Assembly: GCA_963693365.1 (NCBI GenBank)
Contig: CAVNZM010000009.1
Coordinates: 390,963-454,962, forward strand
Direction: 5' to 3'
DNA length: 64,000 bases
Source: Amoebidium appalachense
Lineage: Eukaryota; Protista; Ichthyosporea
Numbering within the stretch: position 1 is the stretch's first letter; each line of letters starts with the position of its first letter. Position numbers and translations under genes: made by a program. This document shows, piece by piece, positions 26,338 to 50,778 of the stretch. The notes beneath the pieces are model-generated. The model ran no database searches. It was not told the origin of the DNA and worked only from the letters and a program-made list of their open reading frames with translations.

Positions 26338-28381
26338 ACCCCCCCACGGCTACACCATAACGGCGGTTTTAGGGAGAAAGAGAGTTGACTTTCTTTGCCT
26401 GCCCAAACACGTAGAAACTCAACAAAAACAACAAAAACAGGTAATAGAAACGGCGTGCCGCGACATTCATCATATGTCAAACATTAACACGATCAATAAG
26501 CACAAAAACACCCACTGTGAAAACCCCATGGGAACAACAACTACATCAACCTGCAGTGCCTAAATTTCCCGATGCAAAAATTTCCTGTGACAGGGGGTAT
26601 GGGTGGTTTAGGGGGAGGGTGGGTGGGGCAGGGGGGGGGGGGTGGGGTCATACCCGCCATTCATGTTTGGACCTGTGGCCGGCAGCCCACCGACGCCGAA
26701 GTTGATGTTAAGGGCTGGAAAGGCAGAGCCATTGAGGCCCATGTCCACACCTGTGCACATGCAGACTGTGTGAGCAGGTGCGGCAAGGGAACGAATTAGA
26801 CCACAGAAGGCAATTGCAAGGTAAGGGAAGGTCCAGCTTGAAAGTCTCGAGGGAGGATCTCGACCAACGTTCGAAAGGGGTGGAGAAGATAGGAGAGAAA
26901 TAGGAAAATTGGGCCGGGTGGGAAAGTCGAGACTCTGAGAGGGAAGAACACAGTAGAAGCGGGACATGTACACATGGATCCGACCAATCAAGCGGTGTCT
27001 GAGGTGTGGGGTTCTGGTATTGGTGGGAATGAGGGATGGGGGCATGCCCTTGCAAAAATTATCCTGAACATCAAATATCCCAAGAAAAAGTCCCGTGCTT
27101 TGCAATATTGTTTGATATTCAGCAGTACAAAAGATATCGTTTGATAATATTAATATTAATCAGGGGGCTTTTGAGATATTCTGATGATATTTTGGGTTTA
27201 TTTTACGGATTCATGATTCCGGGATATATCCATTTGATATTCAGGAGCCATTTTCGGGATATCTTTGATGGGGGATGAGGGATGGGGAGTTGCAAGCGGT
27301 GGTATAATCACAACCAGCAAGGTTTAGGCTTACCTCCGAAGTTAGGTTGACCATTGAGCTGGTTTGCATTCTGCGAGTTAATATCTCGCAGTGCTTGGGT
27401 TGTGGTGCTTTCCCGCAGATAAGAAGCACTGTAAAAACGATTTATCCAAGTTTGTGTCCTCAAGACTTTGGCGAGGCGTGTAAATGCTGTCAGATACATA
27501 AACGATGCACGTCCTGAAAATGCCTAGCTAGCTCCTGCCAAACCAACTCAAAGTTTGAAACCTGAGTTTCCAATGGGCATAGTATATTCAGTATTCTGGG
27601 CCCAGATCTGATTTTATTAAACAGAGAACGTCCCAGCGGCCGCGGCAGGGGCAGGTATGTTGACTGCCAATATCGTATTAATTATCAATGTATAGTATAT
27701 TCCTTATTTACAGTTTCACTGACATGGTGGTGATAGACAAACACCGTATCACATGGAAACCACCCTGCATGCTGATTTTCGATCAATGACTCACTGGCAT
27801 ATCTGATGTCATCCGATTATCATTAAAAAATACCGTAGCCCTATGGCCACATCAAACGTTGGTTCAACAAGCGGTGTACGGAGTAACATGGCTAAGCTCA
27901 AACTATTATCATACGTGCCGGCGGGAAAATTGCACAACTTGTGATATGCCACTGTTGAAGAAGGCTTAGCCTTTTATTTTAGAAGTTGCGCTAACACGTT
28001 ACGGCAGTCAGTTTCAGGCTGGCGATCGCGCGACAATCCAAGCATAGGTGTGCGTTAAGAGTATCAACATCACTTACATTGAGCGTACAAAGTGGAAGGA
28101 TCGAGACTGCTTCGCCTCGACCTGCTTGCCTTGAGTGTCCTGTATGCCTTGCGGTGCCCCCCTGTATGTATAAGTTAGGGTGAGTGTTGTGCGGCACACC
28201 GTCACGGTGGCTGCTCACATGTGCCGCAGTGGGTCACAATTTGGGCTCGAGCTCGTTGAGTCACCGTGGCAAAAGATAACACTTTGGCAAGCAAAAGCAC
28301 GTCACATTGTCATACGAGGACCCGGTTAGAGGCACACAAGTACACGCGGCACACACGCCTGTGTGTGATTATGACACATCG

Positions 28382-28456
<75 letters not shown>

Positions 28457-28524
28457 ACACCCATCCGATCCACCCACCCACACACACTGTCACACCCACA
28501 CATCCGCCCACCCACCCACCCACC

Positions 28525-28568
<44 letters not shown>

Positions 28569-29687
28569 GTGCGCACACAGACACACACACACACACACTT
28601 GAACACACACACACACACTGTGACACACACACGCACCCAGACACATACACGCCGTGGCACACGCACAGGCGCGCGCACACACACACACATGCACGTGAAA
28701 AAACACACTGCACACACACTGAATTTCGAAACACGAGAGTATATGTGACAACTTCCATGACTGTCATACATTTTGATGCACACATATGGCATTTCATGCA
28801 CACACGCCGGTTGATACATGTTTTGACCGTGTTACACATAATTCACACAGTTGTCACGCGTAGTGAATTTTGTTTTTTGTGAGTATATTAGTCACTAGCA
28901 GTACTCCTTTGTTTCATGAAGGTGCAGGTGGAGTTATTATAGTATTGGTAATGATTATGAGCTGCACCTTGCAACATGTTCAAAGCCCAGTGATCAGTTC
29001 GTTGTTGGGCACGGGTACTACGTAAAGCACTAGTACTCACTGAGTTTGAGAAAATTATTTATTATGGCTACTACTATAGGGCTGCGATATTTGGAGGTTC
29101 CCGTGTATTATTAGCGGAACTTGGAAACTGTTACAAGGTAGATATTAAACATGTGTATTACGTAGGTAGGTTCTGAAAAGTCACGGAGCTTTAAGCATGC
29201 TCCATACATTATGATAGTACACGTATTGATATCGGCGTTGATATCGGCGGTACCAATTTCACGGGATTGTTTACCTGTGGCTCCTCGGAGGTCCTGCCTG
29301 ATGGTATGAAGAATAAGTTACAATTCAGTACTATAGGAAACTCTGTTTCACATCGAGCACCGAGTTCGTAATACCAAATGTTTGTTATGATATAGACTTG
29401 TACAGGAAAATAATTATTTAGTTTTAAAAAGTTTTACCCGACTCAATATGTGCGCATGCCCATGGCACCATGAACGAAGAAACTCTTTGGGTAGCCTAAT
29501 TATAGATTATAACCGTTGAACTACTATATATATGGGGTAGCATACACCTGCCATTCCTTCTCATTAAATCAGTCTGACTCACCGAAAGAGGAGGAAGTTC
29601 AACCAGGTCCTGCGACTCTGCCCCCGACCCGTCCTTTTCGTTATCGTCAGAGCAATGGGGGCGCTTGTCTTGTGCGTTATTAGACAT
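23528..29687 (-). CDS. hypothetical G/N/Q/F-rich low-complexity protein with internally duplicated exons
   Basis: The 5' exons 29583-29687, 29275-29297, 28089-28161 join in frame. The 3' exons 27334-27428, 26654-26750, 25696-25736, 25018-25132, 24333-24409, 23754-23850, 23528-23585 also join in frame (NANQLNGQPNFG-GVDMGLNGSAFPALNINFGVGGLPATGPNMNGG-QMQFGQPGLDFQA...). The link between the blocks (27430-28088) is not resolved. Confidence 0.6.
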
Positions 29688-29944
29688 CTTTGCCGACAGC
29701 TCACGTAGGCTAAAGAGCGCTTAGGATTGCAAACTATTGCAAGTTATGACAAGAAGAATGTCGTTTGAGCTGTGAAGAGCTGCTGTGACGCTCTGAAACT
29801 GCTGGAGTGCGCAACTGACAGCTCAACTGAAAACGTGACTTGCTCAATGCTCATGGCGACATGCTCGTGGCATACAGTGGTTTTAAGTTGACCAATCACA
29901 GCGCGGCAACAAGCTGAGACAACAATATCAGAGTGCTGACAAAG

Positions 29945-30034
29945 CAGGGTTCGAAGTTACGAAAAAAAATCGGAATTTCCGATATTTGAAAACACAGTTC
30001 CGAAAATCGTCCCGCCCAAATCGGAACGTCTGAG

Positions 30035-30078
<44 letters not shown>

Positions 30079-30258
30079 GGGAAAGCTTCTCATGACTTCG
30101 CAGGTCTCATCATACACGGGGCATACACCACCCACACAAGCTGCACACGTACGTACGTGTCTCCCTGTCCCTGTAGAATGTTCAATGGCAGACCCTGACT
30201 ACAGCGCAAGCCTAGCACATGTACATGTTGTCACACCAAACACATTTATGCACACACC

Positions 30259-30294
<36 letters not shown>

Positions 30295-31050
30295 GACACA
30301 CACACACAAATTCACACACACACAGCCGTGACACCACATATGCATCATAGCCATGCATGGCCACATGAACATACAATGCACATGCCTGCGCATGTATATA
30401 TAGGCCGGCCTCCACTTCAAAACTTCGAATCCCCCCCCCCCCCAGAAATCGAACCCCATTCAGCCCTCGTCCGCTGCCCACCGTTTCCTCCACCAGTGCT
30501 GCCCCTCCTTCTCCCCCACCGCCGCTCCGGCCTCACCCCTCCCCCCTCCCCCCTCTCAGGCGGATCCCTCCCCCCCCCCGGCCCCCCCCCCCCCCCACTG
30601 GTACTCCCCTTCCCCCCCCCCCCCCCCCCCAATTCCCCCCCAGGAAGGCCTAAACATGGAATGGATCTAGATGCTCAGAGTCGACGGCCACCAGGTGCAG
30701 GTGCCACGTGTATCACGATCAGTGGCACGCGTCTTCAATGGCAGGCGATACACACACTGTGCGCCACTGTGTTCCGTTTAAATACACACATCCACATACA
30801 TTAACAGCCGTGACACCACACAACCATGTGACCTAGGCTAGTACACGTGCACAGGCACATACTATCTCAGATCATGATAACTGTATTACGAACGTGCACA
30901 TGCATCCATTCTGTACAATCACATGCTATGCACCCACCCACCCACACACACACACAAACACATGTACACACACACACACACACACGCACACACACACTTA
31001 CACTGCACACACACACCATGTACACGGCGCACGCACACACACCCCGTGGC

Positions 31051-31085
<35 letters not shown>

Positions 31086-31276
31086 CAAGAAACCGTTGGT
31101 ACAAACACACACACCCACACTGGCATGTACACACACCTACACAGAGACACACACCCTGCATACATACACACCACACTGCACACACACACACATACATACA
31201 CACACTGTACATACATACACACACACCATAACCGTTGGCACAAAACACACACACACGGCATACACACAATGTCATG

Positions 31277-31308
<32 letters not shown>

Positions 31309-31601
31309 CGTGCACACACACACGTGCACATGTGCACACATGCACACAACATAGACACACACACCGATTACCGCTGACACAAATACACACACCCACACCT
31401 GTACACATACACACAGACACACACACCGTGCATACATACCCACCACACACACACACACACAATTGCAAAGAAAAATACTCACACACACACAAACACAGAC
31501 ACAACCACCCGACCTGATTTTCTTTCCCCCCCCCCCCCCCCCCCTCCCCCCCCCCAAACATTCGATTTCTGCCTGAGCTTCCCATGTTGCTGCCTCAACT
31601 C

Positions 31602-31647
<46 letters not shown>

Positions 31648-31990
31648 CTCGAGCTCCCTCCCCTCCCCTCCCCCCGAATTTTTAAATACGGAGACAAAAT
31701 GTATATATATATTGTGCGTTATGTAATGCACTTCATATTTCCCTTTTATTCCTTCAAAGCTTCAAGTGCCAACACCAGGAAGGCTCTAATAGCCACAGGG
31801 GTTTTTGAGTATGCATTATAATTACATTTTGATGCAATATAGGCACAAATAAGCATGCCCTAGTTTACTGATGCGCGATGATTACGATTTTTGGTGGGCC
31901 TGCTCCGACGGAGCATTCCGATTTTCGAAGAGGTTTTCCGAAACGGGATTTCGACTTCCGTTAATGGGCTCCACCGTCCTTCGAACCCTG
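29945..31990. mobile_element. non-autonomous hAT/P-like DNA transposon, 2046 bp
   Basis: TIR CAGGGTTCGAAG (29945-29956) / CTTCGAACCCTG (31979-31990). Flanks ctgacaaag (29936-29944) and ctgacaag (31991-31998) form an 8-bp TSD with one indel. Subterminal ttccga/tcggaa motifs; no transposase ORF. Confidence 0.8.
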
Positions 31991-32490
31991 CTGACAAGTT
32001 AAACAACAAATGCGGAGTTCTTTTTCTATTAACTAGGAAGAAATAGGTAATAATATTGCATAATATGTGTCTTCATTCGCTAGCATTAGAAAATTTTTGG
32101 TGGGCCTGGTGAGACGGAGTCGAATTGAACTGTGACTGGTGAGTATATACATATAGCACAAAGACTGATGCAACAGAGCCTCAGCAACTTCCGGGAGTTT
32201 TAAATTGACCAATCACAGCCGCGGTGAGTAGATTACCCAACCCATCTGGTTACGTCAGATCATCTGATGATCTGGCTCAGCCTGAGCGCTCCTGACGGAG
32301 CTCCCCAGGCATACAGTACTGTACAGTGTACTAGCTATCGATACTAAATTTAATATAATTAGCTAAAGCCGGCGAGTCGGCGACTCTGATCCCCTATGTA
32401 TTGCCCCTTGACTGAAGCACTGAGCGTTACAGCTGCTAGTTAGCTATAAAGGCGGTTGATGTTGCCGTAATTGTTATTACCAAAGTGAGA

Positions 32491-43959
<11,469 letters not shown>

Positions 43960-44579
43960 CCCTAAATGGAGACACAGTGGAGCACGTGCAAGCTATGGTA
44001 AGCACCCCCCCCCCCCCCCCCACCACCACCACCACACACACACACACGAAAATAAGAATTTTTTTTTTTTTTGGGGGGGGGGGGGGGATGGGGGGGAATG
44101 CAAACACGCAGTAAAGCACCTGTCTCGAAATCACCATCAAGCATCGATCTAGCATTGGTACACACACACACACAGGCAGCAATACACTGGTAGATATGGC
44201 AGGGTGGTGAGGATATGCAGGCAAGAAGGAAGGAGAAAGGAAGGGTACGGGAGGGGAGGGGGATGGGGGGATGGGGGGATCTGGGAAGTAGGGAGAGGAG
44301 AGGAAGAGAGAGAGAGAGAGAGAGATGGAGAAAGGGGGGAGAGGGTGAAGGGAAAGGAGAAGGATGGAAAAGAAGTGGCAGAGATAGGAAGGGATGGATG
44401 GGGGGGGGGGGGGGGGGGAAGGTTGGGGAATGAGAGGTATATGGGCAGGTGTTGTGCAGTGTTGGTTAGCGGGTGGGGGATGGAGGGAGGAGGGGGTGAC
44501 AGAAAGCGCCGATGAAGGGAACGTACACACTGTGTTGGTGGCTTAAGAAACCCATGGCCACACCATGCTGCATTCCCAG

Positions 44580-45099
44580 GACCAGTCACGTGACCGTGTC
44601 CAGCCAATCAGCACCCACCCCACCGCCTTGAGCTGTGACGGCCGGCAGCAAAAACTCAAACACACTGTCGGTAGGTGGACCTCCCCCCCTCCCCCCTCCC
44701 CTGCTCCCTCCCTCCCTCCCTCTCTTCCCCTCCCCTCCCTCCCACACACACACACGTGTGGCTCTTTTCAATGTGTCTACCCGTCATATGTATCCCCATC
44801 CCAGCCCCCTTCCACCCTTACATCTTCCCACACGATCTTTATCAGTTGTTGTGAAAACCTCCTCTTTCCCTCTTTCCCTCTTTATGCCTCCATTCCTCCC
44901 AACCCACCTTACCCCCGTCCTCTCTAACTCGCTCTCTCTCCCCCCCCCCCCCCCCCCCCCCCCCACTGACGTCACCCCCCCCCACCGGCCAGGAGCAGTG
45001 CGGTGCTGTGTCTGACCCTGAGAGCCAATCAGCAGCGTGCCTGGTCTCAACGCTGCCCCTTCGCCTCCGTTGAGGTGTGTGCGTGCAAATGCCACAATA

Positions 45100-45130
<31 letters not shown>

Positions 45131-46483
45131 CATATTTTTCTTGCTTCTGCTTACTGCTGCAACTTCTACCCCCGGCCTTTCCCACTGCCCTTGCCTGCAT
45201 AAGCAACCCTGCTCGTCTCTGATCAAGACGGGTGACCTACCCATGTTCAAGTGAAACAGTATCTGAGTTGGGTTTCGTTAACGAGGTGAATAGGTCGAAA
45301 CTCGGGTACTGTGGATGACGTGGGCCCCCCCTGAGGATTGGCCCTTGCTTATTATGCAAACTCTTTATGTATGGCTTGCATTCTGAATCGTGTTATCCGT
45401 TTGTTCTTGTGTACTTCGTACTTTATGACGCATTCAAACCCCCCCCCCCCCCCCGCCCCGCCCCGCCCCTTTCCCCCATCTGCACACACCTGCACACACC
45501 GTCGAGCCGAGCAGGACACCCACCCCACTGCATGGCTTGGACCTACACCAATGCCCCACCACTCACCGTGCATGTATGAAAGTTGACTGTGTGGCGCCAT
45601 CCGAATGCATGCACATATGATTGCATGCACACACAAACACTCAAACACATGCACACATGTGCAGATGAACACATGTACACACAAGCCGATGCGCCCACGT
45701 GAGGGCTCCCACGCAAGCTGGGGTTTTCCCTTCCACAGAAACTACCAGTGTTACATGCTCACCATCTGAATACAACCCATGCACACCTCCACACATCCTA
45801 CACACCAAGGCCCCTGCCCACACACACGCACTCGCACATGCACACACACACAAACACACAAACACACAACCACACACACACACACACACACCACACACAC
45901 ACACACACAGGCACTGCACCACCCCGCAGGCTGGGCCTGCGGAAACCTGCCGGGGAAGTCCCCTGGGTCACGTGACCCACAGCCAATTAGCCCCTCTCGG
46001 TGAGAGGTTGCAGCCCGGTCCGTGTTTTTTTTTTTTGTTTTTTTTTGTGTGTGTGCGTGTGTTTTTTCCCCCGTCTTTTCTTCCTCTCTCTCTTCTTTTT
46101 TCTCTTCTTTCTTCCTCCCTCCCTCCCTCCCTCCTCCTCCCTCCCCCTCCCCCTCTCTCCCTCTCCCCGCGTCCCTCCGCTTGCCCTCCCCCTCCCCCCC
46201 CCCCCCCCCCCCCCCCCCTCGTCCCTCCCTCCCTCCCTATTCCTCCCTCTCCCGCTTCCCCCTTTGTCCCCCCACTCTCCCCCCCCCCCCCCCCCCACCT
46301 CTCCCACCTCGCTCTTTCTCCTCCCATCCACAGACATTGCTCTCACCCACACAACACACACATGCACACATGCAAGCGCACACACACACCTACACCTGCA
46401 TGCAAGCCCCCCCCCCCCCCCCCCCCCCCTTCCTTTTCTTTTCTGTCTCTCCTTCTGTCTCTTTTTTTCTTTTCTTATCTTTT

Positions 46484-46516
<33 letters not shown>

Positions 46517-46957
46517 GCCGGGCTAGCGTAGGCCGGCTGGGCAGGAGTGTGGCAGCAGTTGCCCTGGAGGGTTGGTGGCGGCCTTTGGAGGTTGCCCCCA
46601 AGGCCTGAGCCCCAGGCCGGCACGGCACTACACTGCTGAAAAGGTGGATGGCTGGTTACCCCCCTCCCTCCCATTTCTCGTCGTTAATATCTTCTATTTC
46701 ACTTGTGTATATCACTCAGCTGTTCTCTTACTAGCTTGTCTGCCTTGCAAACCCGTTTGCACATCGGATTGGTTGTTTTGGGTTTCAGACACGCCAAGAG
46801 CTACACTTGGATGTGTTGTTGCCCTTTATCCGAGTCTCTTGCAAGATGGCTCTGCTGGTGGCCTTCCCTCCACCTCCCCCCCCTCCCCCCCCCCCCCCCT
46901 CCCCCCCTCCCCCCGGTCCCCGGTCCCTATATTACCGTTAATCAGCCTACTCATGTC

Positions 46958-46988
<31 letters not shown>

Positions 46989-47250
46989 AGGCTCTCAGGA
47001 CGACGCAGACACCTCACTCGGCAGCAAGCAGCAGCGGTCGGCCCAAACAGCCGCAGGCAGCAAGGGAGGGGCAAAGGGGTGCGTGGGGGCACACACGGGC
47101 ACAGGCAGGCATGCACGTGCATGGCAGGCTCAGGGCAGGCGGAGGGGGGACCATGCAGGGCAGGTGGTGGGCTGCGAAGACATTATAAATTCTTACGAAG
47201 CGACATGGGACATCGACCTGAGGACATATGGTGTGCTCCAACTTGAAAGC
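44580..47250 (+). pseudogene. exon-like segments downstream of the kinase stop (decayed duplicates or spliced 3' UTR)
   Basis: AG/GT-bounded, repeat-free blocks at about 44580-44670, 44993-45074, 45930-46000, 46532-46642 and 46990-47250. Some carry the same SRDxQPI motif, but they do not join in frame and contain stops. Confidence 0.45.
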
Positions 47251-47269
47251 TAACAACACGGCTCTCCAT

Positions 47270-47820
47270 GCAATGACGTCATAAGCTGGTTGTCACCACC
47301 CATGGCCAAGTCAACGATTCCAGGCTCACTTCGCTGACGTCACAACTTGCAATCTTAAGGCGGATGTTAACAATGACTTTTTCTTGCTCCCGCACGTCGC
47401 ATACACCACTTTTGCGTTTCGTACATCACAACAATTCAAGTTGAGGACACCAATTTCATTTGAGGCTACAAAAGTCAAGGGCACATCATTTATTACCACA
47501 CCACCTTCACTCTTTGGACGTCTTAACTGGTGTTCTTAAGTTAACGACACCACCTTCAAATTCACTTTTCTGACGTCACAACTGATGTTCAAAAGATAAC
47601 GACACCACTTGGACCTCTGTGACGTCACACCTGACGTTTAGGAATTTTACTACACCACTTTCACTCTTCTGACATCACAACTGGTGTGTAAAAGTTAACG
47701 ACGCCACTTTGACCTCTGTGACGTCATTACTTCTCATAAGTTACCGACACCACTATCAAGCTCACTCCTCTGACGTTACGACTGGTGTTCAAATCTCAGA
47801 GCTGTGACGTCATACCTGGT
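47270..47820. repeat. degenerate ~46-55-bp minisatellite with TGACGTCA core
   Basis: Consensus approximately acaccactttcactcttcTGACGTCAcaactggtgttcaaaagttaacg; unit lengths are mostly not multiples of 3. Confidence 0.8.
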
Positions 47821-48643
47821 GCATCGGGGTGGCTCCGGGGACGGCTTTTTCGACCATCGTGGCAGCCCTTTGCCTTGTTTGTTGCAGTCATGTGGCCACC
47901 TTTTTTTTATAAAAGAACACAATAATTATCATTAAAAAAAAAAAAAGGGGGAACAGGGAAAAAAAATGCCCCCCCTCCCCCCGCCCCCTCCCTCCCATCC
48001 CCCTTCCCTACCCCACCTTTCCTCCTCCCCTCCCCCCCCCTCCCCCCCTTCCCCCACCGCTTTTCCCCCCTCCCCCCCCCCCCCCCCCCCCCAACACACA
48101 CCCACATCCATCCGCCCCATGTAGACATCATGTGTGTGACAGCCTGAAAATGTGCATTTGGGTCGCACAACACGTGGTGAGGGGGGGAGAGGGGGGGGGC
48201 GGGGGGGAGTGGTATATAGAGAAAGGTTGTGAGAGTCTGCTAGAATTTGTGAATGTGTCCTGTATACGTAGCGGCTTCTGGTTCCTCTTCTGATGTCGAA
48301 TTCGGTTGGTGCGGTTGACTTTAACAGTTACTGTATTATACTGTGTATAGTGAGTGTGTTGTATGAGCATTGGTTCTATCCCAAAGGGGGGTTCGTATTG
48401 TATCACTACTCCTGCTGTATAATGTACTATACTGTCGGTCTATGTAAGTAGTTTCTGTGCACATGCGAGATGTGATATGAAATGAGGATGTATCTTTTGC
48501 CCGGCTGTGTACATATGAAACATAAAAAATGTAGTGCAATGCATAAAGGCAAAAACTGCCCGATAAATTAAAAAGTTTGAGCTAAACCATCTTCGACGAT
48601 TCCGATGCTCGTTACCCCTGCACCTCCCCTCCCTCCCTCCTTC

Positions 48644-48690
<47 letters not shown>

Positions 48691-48877
48691 ACACACAGAC
48701 ACACACACGCACCCACCCACCACCACCACCACCAGCACAAAAGAAAGAAAAAAAGAAAAGACAAAAGAAACAAAAAAAAAAGAAGGCCCTCCTGAGAGTA
48801 CTGCACTCACACATGTTCACACACAAGTGCGCACAACACACACGCAAGCACACGCACACACACACACGCATACACAC

Positions 48878-48911
<34 letters not shown>

Positions 48912-49816
48912 CACACATACACACAGTCACACACACACACACCTCGCGCATGCACATACACACACACACACACACACGTGTACACACAAAGAGAGAGGGA
49001 GAGAGAGAGAGAGAGAGTGTGCGCCATAGGTACTCTCTCCTCTCTCTCTGACACACACACACACAACCACACACATTGTGCACATGTGACACACACGTGT
49101 GCCCACGCCTATGCACACACATGCAAGAGTTTAACACACACTACACACACTGTCTTCCATATCCGAACAACACCACTGCCACGGTGACCCCCTAGTATGC
49201 CCCTGCTCCCCAACTAACAACAACAAATACAAAAAGTATTGCACGCACTTATAAGACCCAAGTCTGTCGCACTGCAACACACGTTTACCCATGTTCGTGC
49301 TAGAAGGAAGTAGAACGTCACATGCACATGCATGCTATTGGCTCTTCTGAGCGCAAACCCGGCCTTTCCATTGGCTGCAGGTCACGGCCCACTGCAGTAG
49401 GGTCACGGCGGTAAAAATTGCATATAATAATTCGTACATATCAACACATATATCCATGAATATATCCACACCCATATCCACACATACTTTCATACTTAAA
49501 TCCATAATCATTCATGCATAGTATCCATACATATATCCACACATACAATGTATGATATACCAATACATATATCCATACATATACCCACGCATATAGCATC
49601 TTTGCCTCGAGTAAACAGCGTAAACACCCATACATACATCATACAGTGCATAACTTATATACCGTAGATTCTACCCATGCACACATTCACACACACATCC
49701 TGCCGGGCCAATTACCCTCAGGGGAAAAAAAAGAAAAAGAAAAAGAAAGAAGGGGGCCCTCGTGAGTGAGTCATGCAATATACGCAGAGAACCACGGTGC
49801 AGGGGAGGGGGTGGTG

Positions 49817-49868
<52 letters not shown>

Positions 49869-50527
49869 GGGGGGCAGGGAGGGGGGGGGGGAGGGGGGTC
49901 TCCATAATCCGGATATCTGTCACGCTATTGCACGGCCACACCAATGAATCGTTGGCCACGTGTACACCCAACTTGAGTCATGCGGTGTTGGGGCTTAAAC
50001 CAGCTCGGCCATCAGAGGCAACAAACTGAGTATAAAGAGAGCGGCAACTGGTGTGTCGGACATGTTTATCTATAGTTATACGTTATGTAGATTGGGGGCA
50101 TGAATAGACCACGTAATTACATGAGACAAGTTAGCGTCTACACAGAGTGGTAAACTGATGTTTACTCAGCGGTTTAATTCCAAGGTGTTCTCCTTCTGAC
50201 CATGCAGTCCCCATGGCTCACCACCTAGCCACGTAAAAATAAAAATAGTGGAAAAAATAAAAAAATAATAATAAAAACACGTGTGACGACTATATCAAGC
50301 ACTGGCCCCCACGCTACAACAATGGGAGGCAGACCACTACACACTTACCAGATATAGCCACAAACCCTCGTCTATATATAGCAGTCACCCACCCACATGC
50401 CACTCTATGGCAAAAATACCCTGGACGCACATAGTGGGAAGAAATATCACCATCCTTCAAATTTTAAACACCTGGTACATACCCGGGCTACATATGGAAA
50501 ATCGATTAACGCTTTAAGTTACACATT

Positions 50528-50563
50528 CAAGGCCTCCTAAATAGCACACCTTAGGAGGCCTTG
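50528..50563. mobile_element. 36-bp TIR-only element / P-element-type excision footprint
   Basis: TACACATT (50520-50527) - CAAGGCCTCCTAA - atagcacacc - TTAGGAGGCCTTG - TACACATT (50564-50571): a perfect 13-bp TIR and a perfect 8-bp TSD. Confidence 0.85.
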
Positions 50564-50730
50564 TACACATTACATCCTTCGTGAAGTGCTTTAAAAATTT
50601 AAGCCCATGCATTCAAGTCCAACATCCAACGGTGGCTGCACATTCTCATTCTTGGCCTGCATGGGGAGATATGGATGATTGGTTAGGGGGTGGACTGATA
50701 AACTACCAGTGCTGAGTTACCTACACACGT

Positions 50731-50778
<48 letters not shown>

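Noticed and set aside
47270-47820. Possible CRISPR array or leucine-rich-repeat coding region
   Set aside because: Whole units are homologous with no unique spacers, unit lengths break frame, there are no cas genes, and the context is eukaryotic.
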